From NCBI GenBank assembly GCA_036555955.1, contig DATBKH010000170.1:1-54924 (forward strand): a stretch of 54,924 nucleotides of DNA, in the 5' to 3' direction. Below, piece by piece: positions 8,851-17,682 of the stretch (the stretch's first letter is position 1; each line of letters starts with the position of its first letter). Origin of the DNA: Candidatus Limnocylindria bacterium (GTDB lineage: Bacteria > Chloroflexota > Limnocylindria > P2-11E). The notes under the pieces were generated by a model. That model was given only the letters and a program-made list of their open reading frames with translations. It made no database searches and had not been told where the DNA came from. The translations under genes were made by a program, and so were the position numbers.

Positions 8851-9520
8851 AATAGCGGATGTCGCCGCGCAGCAGCTCTCGATCGACGAGCTCGATGTGG
8901 CGGCGCCCCAGACGGATCGCCTTCCGGTGCTCGAGGTCCGCGAGGACCCTGTTCACCGACACGCGGGCGGCGCCGACGAACCCGGCGATGTCCTCCTGGG
9001 TGAGCTCGACGCTGTCCGAGCCTGACGCGTCCGCGATGTCGAGGAGGCACTTCGCGACACGGCCGGGGAGGTCGAGGAACACGAGGTCCTCGACGTGTCC
9101 GGTGCTGCGGCGGACGGTCTTCGCAAGGAGGCCGAGCATGCGTTTCATCGCATCGGGGTTTCGCTCGAGCACCGCCATGAAGTCCGCACGCCCGAGCGCC
9201 AGCGCCGACGTCTCGGTCACCGCCGTGACCGTCGCCGAACGCTGAGCGTCGTCGAAGAGCGCGAGCTCGCCGAACACGTCGCCGCCTCGCTCGAGCGCGA
9301 TGACGACCTCGCGGCCCGCCTCGTCGGGCACGGAGACCTTCACCGTGCCGGCCATGATGAGAAAGACCTGACCGGCCTCGTCGTCGCGGTGAAAGATGAC
9401 CTCGTCCCGGCCGAAATGACGTGGGCGCATGCGCGCCGCGAGCGCGAGGCGGTCATTCGCACCGAGCGCGGCGAAGAGGGGGTGCTCCACGAGGTAGTCG
9501 GCGATCCGCGAGGCGTCCAC
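8849..9520 (-). CDS. Crp/Fnr-family transcriptional regulator (cNMP-binding domain + HTH)
   Basis: cNMP cassette GDVFGELALFDDAQRSATVTAV. C-terminal HTH LTQEDIAGFVGAARVSVNRVLADLE. Confidence 0.9.
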   Translation of the reverse strand: MDASRIADYLVEHPLFAALGANDRLALAARMRPRHFGRDEVIFHRDDEAGQVFLIMAGTVKVSVPDEAGREVVIALERGGDVFGELALFDDAQRSATVTAVTETSALALGRADFMAVLERNPDAMKRMLGLLAKTVRRSTGHVEDLVFLDLPGRVAKCLLDIADASGSDSVELTQEDIAGFVGAARVSVNRVLADLEHRKAIRLGRRHIELVDRELLRGDIRY

Positions 9521-9749
9521 CGGCGGTGATTTTGTGCTCTGCGTCCAAATGGCGCCCTTCGCGCGTCCTGGGTCTGTGCGCTCCGGGGCCCTCGCGGCGC
9601 TCCTTCTCGCAAGGGCCTGTGGCGTCCCGGCCGGCGGCGGCCCAGCGACGCCGCCGATATCACAATCGGTGTCGGCGACGCCCTCGGCCTGGCCGCCCTG
9701 ACCGATCGGGATTCGCGGCTCGCGAGCGGAGGCCGTAGTTTGCTCGGAG

Positions 9750-10916
9750 ATGGCAGAGTTTCCCGGCGCCGCGCTGCCGCTCCTCTTCTACGCGGACGGA
9801 TACAAGTTCCCCGACGTCTATCACGCGACGCGTTTCCTCGCGCCGGACCCGATCATCGCCCTCGAGGGGGTCGAGGAGCTCGTGCTGGCCGTGAGCTCGC
9901 TCGAGGAGGGCCGCGCTCGTAAAGAGTCACGGGCCACCGAGATCATCAACATCAACGCGCTCGGAGCGCAGGAGCTGACCGCGCGCGGCGTCGTCGGCAC
10001 CGAGCTCACCGCCGCGCTCATCAAGCGGCTCCTCGACGATCGCGGCGTGCGCCACGTCGCCGTCCCTTCGTACTTCCCGCTCGGGCTCGGAGACCGGCTC
10101 CGCGCGCTCGGGATCGAGCTCCGCATCGCCACGAACATGAGCGAGCGCAGGCGCACGAAGCGACCGGACGAGATCGAGGCCATCGAAGCCGCGCAACGGG
10201 CGACGGAGGAGGCCTGGCAGCGCGGCGTCGACGCGCTGCGGCGCGCGAGTGTCGAACGAGACAAGACGCTCACGCTGGACGGCGCGACACTCACGGCCGA
10301 GCGCCTCCGCGCGATCGTCGAGTCGGCGCTGCTCGAGCGCGGTTACGCGTCCGATGGCGCGATCATCGCGCCCGGTCCGCAGGGCGCGAATCCGCACGAG
10401 ATCGGGACCGGCCCGCTGCACGCGAACGAGCCGATCGTCATGGACATCTTCCCGCAGCACAAGACGAACCGGTACTGGTCGGACATGACACGCACGGTCT
10501 CGAAAGGCGAACCCGCCCCCGCGATCCGGAAGATGTACGACGTCGTCATGAAGGCGCAGGACGCGGGCATCGCAGCGCTCCGCCCGGGCGTGACCGGCCG
10601 CGAGGTGCACGAGCTCGTCGAGGACGTCATCTTCGCCGCGGGCTACGACACGCTCCGGCCGGGCCAGAAGCGCGACCCCGGCGACGCCACGCCACGCGGC
10701 TTCATCCACGGGACCGGACACGGCGTCGGTCTCGAGATCCACGAGCCACCCGATGTGAACCGCGCGGGGAAAGCGCTCAAGGAGGGCGACGTCGTGACGG
10801 TCGAGCCCGGGATCTACGACCCGGCGATCGGCGGCGTGCGCCTCGAGGACATCCTGGTCATCACGCGCGACGGCGCCCGCGACCTCACGCGGGCCCCGCG
10901 CGAGCTCATCGTCTAG
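9750..10916 (+). CDS. M24-family Xaa-Pro aminopeptidase/dipeptidase
   Basis: Creatinase-like N-terminal domain and pita-bread motifs DMTRT and HGTGHGVGLEIHEPP, then VEPGIY...GGVRLED. Confidence 0.9.
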   Translation: MAEFPGAALPLLFYADGYKFPDVYHATRFLAPDPIIALEGVEELVLAVSSLEEGRARKESRATEIININALGAQELTARGVVGTELTAALIKRLLDDRGVRHVAVPSYFPLGLGDRLRALGIELRIATNMSERRRTKRPDEIEAIEAAQRATEEAWQRGVDALRRASVERDKTLTLDGATLTAERLRAIVESALLERGYASDGAIIAPGPQGANPHEIGTGPLHANEPIVMDIFPQHKTNRYWSDMTRTVSKGEPAPAIRKMYDVVMKAQDAGIAALRPGVTGREVHELVEDVIFAAGYDTLRPGQKRDPGDATPRGFIHGTGHGVGLEIHEPPDVNRAGKALKEGDVVTVEPGIYDPAIGGVRLEDILVITRDGARDLTRAPRELIV

Positions 10917-10954
10917 CACCGCTGGAAGCGCTCCTTCTCGGCGTCGCCGCCGCC

Positions 10955-11782
10955 GTGGTCTGGGGATTCGCCGACTACGCGGCCGGGCTCTGCGCGCGCC
11001 GCGTCGGCGCTGTGCGCACCGCGTTCGCCATGCAGGCGACCGGCCTGACCTCGTTCGCGCTCGTCACCTGGCTCCTCGGACGATGGCCCGCCTTCGAGCC
11101 GGGCATGGTGCCGTTCGCGCTCGCGCTGGGCGTCCTGGGCGTCGTCGCGGTGGCGGCGCTCTATCGCGGGCTCGCGCTCGGCCCGGTCGCCGTCGTCGCG
11201 CCGGTCGTCGCCTCCTACGTCGTGATCACCGTGATCCTCGTCGTGATCTTCCTCGGCGAGCGGTTGTCGATCGCGCAGATCGTCGCGGCGTCCGTGGTCT
11301 TCGTCGGAGTCGTGCTCACGTCGACGGACGCGCGCGAGCTGCGCGTGACGCTCGGACGGCCCGTCCCCGGCGTGCGCATCGGTCTGGTCGCGACCCTCGG
11401 ATTCGGGCTGTGGAGCGCGGTCTTCGCCATCGCGACCCGCCAGTACGACTGGATCCCGATGATCCTGCTCCTGCGCGCGACGAGCTTCGTCTTCATCGGC
11501 TCGTTCATCGCCGCGCGGCGCATCGACCTCCGCGTGTTCCGCGCGAGGGTCGCCCTCCTGCTCGGCACGATCGTGGGCGTGCTCGACACGCTCGCGAACG
11601 TCTTCTTCGCTCTCGGCATCGAGTCGGGCTACGCGTCGCTCGCCGCGACCGGAACGGGCATGTACCCGATAGTGCCGGCGGTGCTGGGAATGCTCGCGCT
11701 GGGCGAGCGGCTCGCGCCGAATCAGCTCGCGGGGATCGTGCTGCTGGTCGTCGGCCTCGCGGCGCTCGGTGCGGTGAGCTAA
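10955..11782 (+). CDS. EamA/DMT-family transporter
   Basis: Highly hydrophobic, about 9-10 TM segments, EamA-like VVWGFADY start. The true start may be the in-frame CTG at 10922 (LEALLLGVAAAVVWG), because GTG 10955 truncates the first helix. Confidence 0.75.
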   Translation: MVWGFADYAAGLCARRVGAVRTAFAMQATGLTSFALVTWLLGRWPAFEPGMVPFALALGVLGVVAVAALYRGLALGPVAVVAPVVASYVVITVILVVIFLGERLSIAQIVAASVVFVGVVLTSTDARELRVTLGRPVPGVRIGLVATLGFGLWSAVFAIATRQYDWIPMILLLRATSFVFIGSFIAARRIDLRVFRARVALLLGTIVGVLDTLANVFFALGIESGYASLAATGTGMYPIVPAVLGMLALGERLAPNQLAGIVLLVVGLAALGAVS

Positions 11783-13143
11783 GCGGCGAGGAGCAGCGCC
11801 GGCGCGACGCTGGAGCGTGCGACCTTCGTCCGGAGGTACGCGACCGCCGCGTCGAGCTGCGGATCGCCCTGCGCGCCGGTTGGCTGATCGACGATCTGGT
11901 CGGGCACGATGCCGCGGCCGGGACCGTTCAGGTCCTCGCCGGTCTTGGCGTCCTGGATCTTCGTGATCGTCACGAGAAGAAGTCCCCCGTCCGGCAGATC
12001 GCGCGGCTGGCCGGTCCCGACGCATCCCGCGGTCTGTGAGCCCATGACGAGACCGGCGCCGTTCGCGCGGATCCCAGCGGCGATGATCTCCGCTCCGGAC
12101 GCCGAGCTCTTGTTCACGAGGACCACGAGCGGCTTGTTGCTGTCGATGTAGAAGCGGCGGTTCACGTCGAGCGGAGTGCGGTTGCCGTCGCGGCCCGTCT
12201 GGTACACGAGCGTGCCCTGCCGGACGAAGATGCTCGCGATGTCGACCGCGGCGGAGAGATCTCCACCCGGATCGCCGCGCAGGTCGAGCACGAGCGCCTC
12301 GGCGCCGTTCGCATCGAGCCGCTTCACCGCGTTGGAGACCTCGTCGGCGACCGCGCCCACGAGCTGCGGGACCTCGATGCGGCCGATGTTGCCGTCGATG
12401 ATCGACTCGGTCTCCAGGGGCACCGAGAAGCGCGCCCGGTTCATCGTCAGCGACAGCGTGTCGGAGCCGCGCAGGATGCCGATCGTCACGCTCGTGCCCT
12501 CCGGACCCTTCACCTTCGTCGCCACCTCGTCCGTCTGGAGCTTGGTGACGTCGACGCCGTCGACGGTCACGATCTTGTCGCCGGCCTTCACGCCCGCGCG
12601 CTGCGCCGGCGTGTTCGGGATCACTCGCACGACCTCGATGGGGTCGTCCACGCCCGGCTTGCTGATGGTGACGCCGATCCCCGAGACCGGTGGCTGGGGC
12701 TGGTTGAAGGTCTTGGCCCGGGAGGGGTCGAGGTAGTAGGTGTGGCACTCGTTCATGGAGCGCGCCATGCCGTCCACGGCGGCCCGCTCGAGGGCCGTCT
12801 TGTCGGCGTTCGGCGTCGCGCTGACGATGGCGTCGAGGCGGTCGGAGAACTTCGCGAAGTCGGACCAGGTGCTGCCGGTGAGCGCCAGGTCGCCCGACGG
12901 GAGCGCGCCGTCCGAGGCGCCTTCCTTCTTCGCTTCGGTCACCACGCTGGCGAGCGCGCCGGTCAGAAGCACCTTCGAGGTGGGCTTGTCCACGTGCCGC
13001 TCGATGAGGACCTGGTAGGCGGCCTCCGCGGTCTTGTACGCGGTGTTGGAGGGGAGGAGCTCCCGCTGCAGCTCCGCCGGAACGAGCGAGCATGCCGCCG
13101 CGACGAACGCGACCAAGGGAAGAAGAGAGCGGAGGCGGATCAC
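11779..13143 (-). CDS. S41 C-terminal-processing peptidase lipoprotein with PDZ domain
   Basis: GTG start at 13143 gives (M)IRLRSLLPLVAFVAAAC, a lipobox signal. PDZ segment VVRVIPNTPAQRAGVKAGDKIVTVDG. S41 motifs LVLDLRGDPGG and NKSSASGAEI. The track ORF extension to 13515 is Arg-rich and judged an artefact. Confidence 0.85.
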   Translation of the reverse strand: MIRLRSLLPLVAFVAAACSLVPAELQRELLPSNTAYKTAEAAYQVLIERHVDKPTSKVLLTGALASVVTEAKKEGASDGALPSGDLALTGSTWSDFAKFSDRLDAIVSATPNADKTALERAAVDGMARSMNECHTYYLDPSRAKTFNQPQPPVSGIGVTISKPGVDDPIEVVRVIPNTPAQRAGVKAGDKIVTVDGVDVTKLQTDEVATKVKGPEGTSVTIGILRGSDTLSLTMNRARFSVPLETESIIDGNIGRIEVPQLVGAVADEVSNAVKRLDANGAEALVLDLRGDPGGDLSAAVDIASIFVRQGTLVYQTGRDGNRTPLDVNRRFYIDSNKPLVVLVNKSSASGAEIIAAGIRANGAGLVMGSQTAGCVGTGQPRDLPDGGLLLVTITKIQDAKTGEDLNGPGRGIVPDQIVDQPTGAQGDPQLDAAVAYLRTKVARSSVAPALLLAA

Positions 13144-13187
13144 GAGATACCTATCGAGCAGTCTACGGGCCCACCCCCGGAGCGGGT

Positions 13188-13814
13188 TCAGGCCACTTCG
13201 CTCGTTAAGAGCTTTCTTAAGCGACCGAGCGCTCGGAACTGCAATGCGCGGATGGCGCCCTCGTTCTTTCCGAGGACCTGCGCGACTTGACGGCTCGACA
13301 TGTTCTCGACGAAGCGGAGGACGATGACCTCCTGCTGCTCGGTGGTGAGGTGCTTCACCGCGCCGCGCAGCGCGTCGACCGCCTCGCCGTGCACCGCGCG
13401 ATCGTGCGCGCTCGGTCCGTCCTCGGCGACGCCGTACGCGTTGTCGAGATCGACGGTCGGGCGATCGCGACGCCGGCGGTCGGTCACCGCGTTGCGCGCG
13501 ATCGTGTAGAGCCACGCGAGGAAGGACTTGCCCTGCCAGCGATAGCGATGGATGTTCGCGAAAGCGCGCGTGAATACCTCGCTCGCGAGGTCCTCCGCAT
13601 CCGAAGGCTCGCGGACGCGGTAGAGGAGGTAGCGGTACACGGAGTCGACGTGTCGGTCGTAGAGCTCGGCGAACGCCGTGCGGTCACCGGCCTTCGCGCG
13701 CGCGATCACGTCGGGTACCGGACCCACGACATCGAGCGAGAGCGCGGTGACTTTCGCGACGCTTGGCCGCAAGCGGTCGTCCCTTCCCTTCCTCACAGTG
13801 CGCAGGCCGACCAT
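13188..13814 (-). CDS. ECF (sigma-70 family) RNA polymerase sigma factor
   Basis: Region 2 FAELYDRHVDSVYRYLLYRV..DLASEVFTRAF. Region 4 LTTEQQEVIVLRFVENMSSRQVAQVLGKNEGAIRALQFRALGRLR. ATG at 13814 chosen; the GTG giving VTALSLD is an alternative. The upstream part of the track ORF is an artefact. Confidence 0.85.
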   Translation of the reverse strand: MVGLRTVRKGRDDRLRPSVAKVTALSLDVVGPVPDVIARAKAGDRTAFAELYDRHVDSVYRYLLYRVREPSDAEDLASEVFTRAFANIHRYRWQGKSFLAWLYTIARNAVTDRRRRDRPTVDLDNAYGVAEDGPSAHDRAVHGEAVDALRGAVKHLTTEQQEVIVLRFVENMSSRQVAQVLGKNEGAIRALQFRALGRLRKLLTSEVA

Positions 13815-13947
13815 ATCGGCGGCGCCACTGTTCGCCAATGGCCCACAGGTACCAAAACCGTCCCAGGGACCACGCTGATTCGGACCGCTTTGACCTCGCG
13901 GGCGAGCAGCCAGACGGATCGGCTGTTCGATTGTCGAACGCGCGTGC

Positions 13948-15060
13948 CTACCCGCCGGCGATCTTCTGCTTGAGGATCTCGATCGCTTTGTCGACGGCCG
14001 TCGCATCGTCCGACTGCACGTCCGGCGGGATGCCTTTGTTGTTGTAGCGGCTTCCGCTGACCGCGCCGACGACCTCCTGCGTGACGATCGAGAAGAGCGC
14101 GTTGTCCGGCGCGCGGAACTCGTCGGCGCCACCGACGCAGCCGGTGGTCGTCGATCCCACGAGCGTCATCCGCTTTCCCTCTTTCAGATCGAGGATGAAA
14201 TGCTCCGACCCGGACGCGGTGCGGTCGTTCGCGATGATCACCATCGGCAGCTGGTACGCGGCGGGCAGCCGAAGGTCCTTGTTCGCCGTGGCGGTGCCGC
14301 CGTTCCCGTTCTTCAGCAACACGGTCCGCGTCGGCTCGCCGTTCAGGAAGAAGCTCGAGATGTCGACGGGGAAGCCGCCGAGATTGCCGCGGAGATCGAT
14401 GAGCCACGCCTTCGCGCCTTGCGCGAGCGCCTTGTCGAGGATCGACCGTAGCGCGTCGTTCAGGCGGTACGTGCCGGTGTTGATCCAGGCGTGGAACGTG
14501 ATGTAGGCGATGCCGTCGGGAAGCATCTTCCCGGTCATGCCCGCTTCGTCGGGACCGCCGAGGCTCGTTCCCTGCGACGGGACCATCGCCTGGCTGCCCT
14601 TCGGCGTGTAGGCGAGCGAGTGGAAGACGCTGCCGCTCGCCGTCACGTAGTAGGTGTGGCAATCGGGACTTGCCGCGAGCATTCCCGTGATCGCGGCGTC
14701 GGCGATCTGGTCGGCGGAGAGATCCGCGCGGCTCGCGAGCTGTGAGACCGCGTCGGCGAACTTGTTGAAGTCGGCGGTCTGCGGCGAGTCCGTGTCCTGG
14801 AATTCGGGCGTGCCCACGTCGTCCTTGCCACCGGCCTTGCGGACCGCGGCGCGAACGCCATCGAGAGCGGCCTCCAGCGCTTTCTTGCTGGTGACATGGT
14901 GAAGATCGTCGTCTACGAATCCGCTGTACGCGATGTCCAGCTTCGTCCGTTTGATGTCGGCGGTCTTCGAGGGGGATTGAGAGGCCGAGCCGGTCGGCCC
15001 CGGCGTGCACGCCGCGAGCACGAGCGTCGCCGTGACGATGAGCATGAGCGCGCGGCGCAT
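13948..15060 (-). CDS. S41-like peptidase lipoprotein (no obvious PDZ), paralog of 11779-13143
   Basis: Lipoprotein signal MRRALMLIVTATLVLAAC. S41 motifs WLIDLRGNLGGF and NDRTASGSEHF. Shares the CHTYY motif with the neighbouring S41 protein. Confidence 0.8.
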   Translation of the reverse strand: MRRALMLIVTATLVLAACTPGPTGSASQSPSKTADIKRTKLDIAYSGFVDDDLHHVTSKKALEAALDGVRAAVRKAGGKDDVGTPEFQDTDSPQTADFNKFADAVSQLASRADLSADQIADAAITGMLAASPDCHTYYVTASGSVFHSLAYTPKGSQAMVPSQGTSLGGPDEAGMTGKMLPDGIAYITFHAWINTGTYRLNDALRSILDKALAQGAKAWLIDLRGNLGGFPVDISSFFLNGEPTRTVLLKNGNGGTATANKDLRLPAAYQLPMVIIANDRTASGSEHFILDLKEGKRMTLVGSTTTGCVGGADEFRAPDNALFSIVTQEVVGAVSGSRYNNKGIPPDVQSDDATAVDKAIEILKQKIAGG

Positions 15061-15078
15061 CGGCTCAAGAATAGGGCG

Positions 15079-16287
15079 CTAGTCGGCGGGAGTGCCCACC
15101 TTCACGGCCTGATGCTGCGCGCGCCACTCGCTCGGTGAGGCGCAGAAGCCCTCGTAGTCGATGTAGTCGGTGATCGTCGGGTGCTCTCCGCAGACCGGGC
15201 ACTCGGGGTCGCGGCGCAGCCGGACCTCGCGAAAGCTTCCCTCGAGCGCGTCATACAGGAGGTAACGGCCGACGAGGGGCTCGCCGATCCCGAGGAGCAG
15301 CTTGATGGCTTCGGTCGCCTGGATCGTGCCGATCACGCCCGGCAGCACACCCAGCACGCCTGCCTCCGCACAGGAGGGCGCGAGCTCGGGCGGCGGCGGC
15401 TCGGGGAAGAGGCAGCGGTAGCACGGTCCGTCGAACGGCTTGAAGATCGTGACCTGGCCCTCGAAGCGGTAGATCGACCCGTGCACGACGGGGATGCGGT
15501 GCTTGATCGACGCGTCGTTCAGGAGATAGCGCGTCGGGAAGTTATCGGCGCCGTCCACGACGACGTCGTACCCCGCGATGATGCGATCGATGTTCGCCGC
15601 CGAGAGGCGCTCCTCGTAGCCGACGATCTTCACCTCGGGGTTGAGGGCTTCGAGCGTCTCCTTCGCTGAGGACACCTTCGGCTCGCCGATGCGGTCGGTC
15701 GAATGCAGGATCTGCCGCTGGAGGTTCGTGAGGTCGACGACGTCCGAGTCGACGATGCCGATCGTCCCCACGCCGGCGGATGCGAGGTAATACGCCGCCG
15801 GCGATCCGAGACCGCCCGCTCCGATGAGCAGCACCTTGCTCTGCATGAGCTTGTGCTGTCCGGCCTCGCCGACCTCGGGGATGAGCAGATGGCGCGAGTA
15901 GCGCTGCGCCTGGTCCGGCGTGAAGCTCGCCGGCTGGGTCCAGGGCTTCCCCGAATCCTTCCACCGGTTGAATCCGCCGGTCATCGAGATGACGTTCGTG
16001 TATCCGAGCTTCGCGAGCGTGTCCGCGGCCATGGCGGAGCGAACACCGGCGGCGCAGTACAGGACGGTGGTCTTGTCCTTCTCCGGAAGCCGGTCCTCGG
16101 CCCACTGCTCGAGGTAGCTCTTGGGGACGTGGACCGCGCCCGGGATGTGACCGGTGTTCCATTCGTCCTTCTCGCGCACGTCGCCGAGCTGTATCTCGCC
16201 GCGCGCCATCAGGTCCTGGACCTGCTCCGGCGTGGCTTCCTGGATGCGCTTTCTGACGTCGGCGAAGTAGTCGCGGTAGGTCGGCAT
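15079..16287 (-). CDS. Rhodanese-ThiF/MoeB adenylyltransferase-sulfurtransferase with the rhodanese domain at the N-terminus
   Basis: N-terminal rhodanese with active-site loop CAAGVRS. ThiF/MoeB core LLIGAGGLGSPAAYYLASAGVGTIGIVDSDVVDLTNLQRQ. Zinc cysteines CYRC and CPVC. Confidence 0.9.
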   Translation of the reverse strand: MPTYRDYFADVRKRIQEATPEQVQDLMARGEIQLGDVREKDEWNTGHIPGAVHVPKSYLEQWAEDRLPEKDKTTVLYCAAGVRSAMAADTLAKLGYTNVISMTGGFNRWKDSGKPWTQPASFTPDQAQRYSRHLLIPEVGEAGQHKLMQSKVLLIGAGGLGSPAAYYLASAGVGTIGIVDSDVVDLTNLQRQILHSTDRIGEPKVSSAKETLEALNPEVKIVGYEERLSAANIDRIIAGYDVVVDGADNFPTRYLLNDASIKHRIPVVHGSIYRFEGQVTIFKPFDGPCYRCLFPEPPPPELAPSCAEAGVLGVLPGVIGTIQATEAIKLLLGIGEPLVGRYLLYDALEGSFREVRLRRDPECPVCGEHPTITDYIDYEGFCASPSEWRAQHQAVKVGTPAD

Positions 16288-16357
16288 GTCGCTCCTTTGC
16301 GCTCAATGCTAAACCGAGCAAGCCGGTCGGAAATTCCCGGTATGCTCGGATTTCCCC

Positions 16358-16843
16358 GTGGAGACGCTGTCCTATGACCTTCTTCAGTTCGTGTACCACC
16401 TCGCGCTCGCCGTGCTCGTGGGAGGCTCGCTCGCGCTCGGGACCGCGGTAGCGCCCGCTCTCTTCGCGACCGGGCGCACGCGGAGCGAGGCCGGGACCCT
16501 GTTCTCCGCAGTCCTCGCGCGCTTCGACGGCCTCGCGATCTTCTCCGTGATCGTGCTCGTCATCACGACCGTCCTGAAAGCCGTCACGTTCGACGTCACC
16601 GGGACGCCCGAGCCGCGGCTCATCCTGCGCTGGATCATGGTCGCGATCGTCGGTGCGGCGACGCTCTTCTCGAGCGGCTGGGCCAATCCCGTCGCCCGCG
16701 CGATCCGCGCGCAAACGCCCGCGTTCGACGAGCAGCCGGCGGCATCGCCGGCGCGTGTGGAGTTCGTCCGCCTGCACGAGCGGTCACGCCGCGCGATGAG
16801 CGTCGCCATCGTCGCCGGGCTCATCGCGCTCTTCCTCTCCTGA
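16358..16843 (+). CDS. Four-TM membrane protein, DUF4149-like
   Basis: GTG start. Hydrophobic pattern YHLALAVLVGGSLALGTAVAPALF resembles DUF4149/TMEM205-like proteins. The stop TGA overlaps the next ATG (TGATG). Confidence 0.55.
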   Translation: METLSYDLLQFVYHLALAVLVGGSLALGTAVAPALFATGRTRSEAGTLFSAVLARFDGLAIFSVIVLVITTVLKAVTFDVTGTPEPRLILRWIMVAIVGAATLFSSGWANPVARAIRAQTPAFDEQPAASPARVEFVRLHERSRRAMSVAIVAGLIALFLS

Positions 16844-17673
16844 TGGCGCGCACCGCCGCGCCGCCGAGGGACCTCGCGCGCGCTCTTGCCCGCCATCGCG
16901 AGAAGCTCGCGACGCGTCACTCGGTCCGTACGGCGGATGCGCTCGTTCGGATGGTCGACGATCTCGGGTTCTGCTTCGCGTTCACGGGCGAAGCCAGCTA
17001 TCCGGTCCCGGCGGCGTTCGACCATCTCGACACGCGCAGCGACGGCCGCAAGTGGGAATGGATGTGGGGCTGGAAGGACGAGCTCGCGGAGCGCAAGCGC
17101 GTCTACTACGGAAAGCTCCTCGTCCGGAAACCGACCTTCGTCTCGATGAGGATGCTGCCGACGTTCTACGCCACGTTCGGCCGCGCCGGCGAGGACGACG
17201 ATCATCTCGAAGACGTGCGTGCCGGGCGGCTCTCCGACGTCGCGCGCCGGATCATCGAGTTCCTCGCGCAGAACGGCGAGACGCAGACCAAGCGCATGCG
17301 CTCCGCGCTCGGGATCACCTCGCAGGAGGGAAAGGCCGATTACGCGAAGGCGATCGAGGAGCTGCAGCGGCTGATGTACGTCGCGCGAGTCCGAGCGGTC
17401 GGCGAAGGACGCGAGGACTACAACTACACGTACGACCTGTTCGTGCGCCGGTATCCCGAGACGGTGCGCGCGGCGGAACGGGCCACCTCCACCGACGCGA
17501 TGACGGCGGTCCTGGGGCGCCTGCTCGAGCTCGCGGGCGGTGTCACCGAACGTCAGGTGGGCAAGCTGTTCGACTGGACCGACGATCGCGTCGCGCATGC
17601 GACGCGAAGGCTCGAGGCGGCGCGCGCGCTCTCGCGCGCCGACGGCTTGCTCGTTCTTCCGACGTTAGGATAG
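16843..17673 (+). CDS. Conserved hypothetical protein (possible winged-helix segment)
   Basis: Protein-like, non-repetitive composition, 1-nt stop/start coupling to the upstream gene, and a helix-turn-helix-like stretch RIIEFLAQNGETQTKRMRSALGI. I do not recognise the family. Confidence 0.6.
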   Translation: MARTAAPPRDLARALARHREKLATRHSVRTADALVRMVDDLGFCFAFTGEASYPVPAAFDHLDTRSDGRKWEWMWGWKDELAERKRVYYGKLLVRKPTFVSMRMLPTFYATFGRAGEDDDHLEDVRAGRLSDVARRIIEFLAQNGETQTKRMRSALGITSQEGKADYAKAIEELQRLMYVARVRAVGEGREDYNYTYDLFVRRYPETVRAAERATSTDAMTAVLGRLLELAGGVTERQVGKLFDWTDDRVAHATRRLEAARALSRADGLLVLPTLG

Positions 17674-17682
17674 GCGCGCCCC

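Noticed and set aside
13144-14132. N-terminal extensions of track ORFs, such as 11779-13515, 13188-14132, 26933-28165, 27712-28938, 31215-32312, 35094-35762, 36266-37669, 40930-42129, 41205-42983, 42239-44185 and 45273-46712.
   Set aside because: The extensions are Arg-rich, overlap the upstream gene in another frame, and precede obvious native N-termini (signal peptides, or conserved His-enzyme starts with GTGA/ATGA coupling). Internal starts were used instead.
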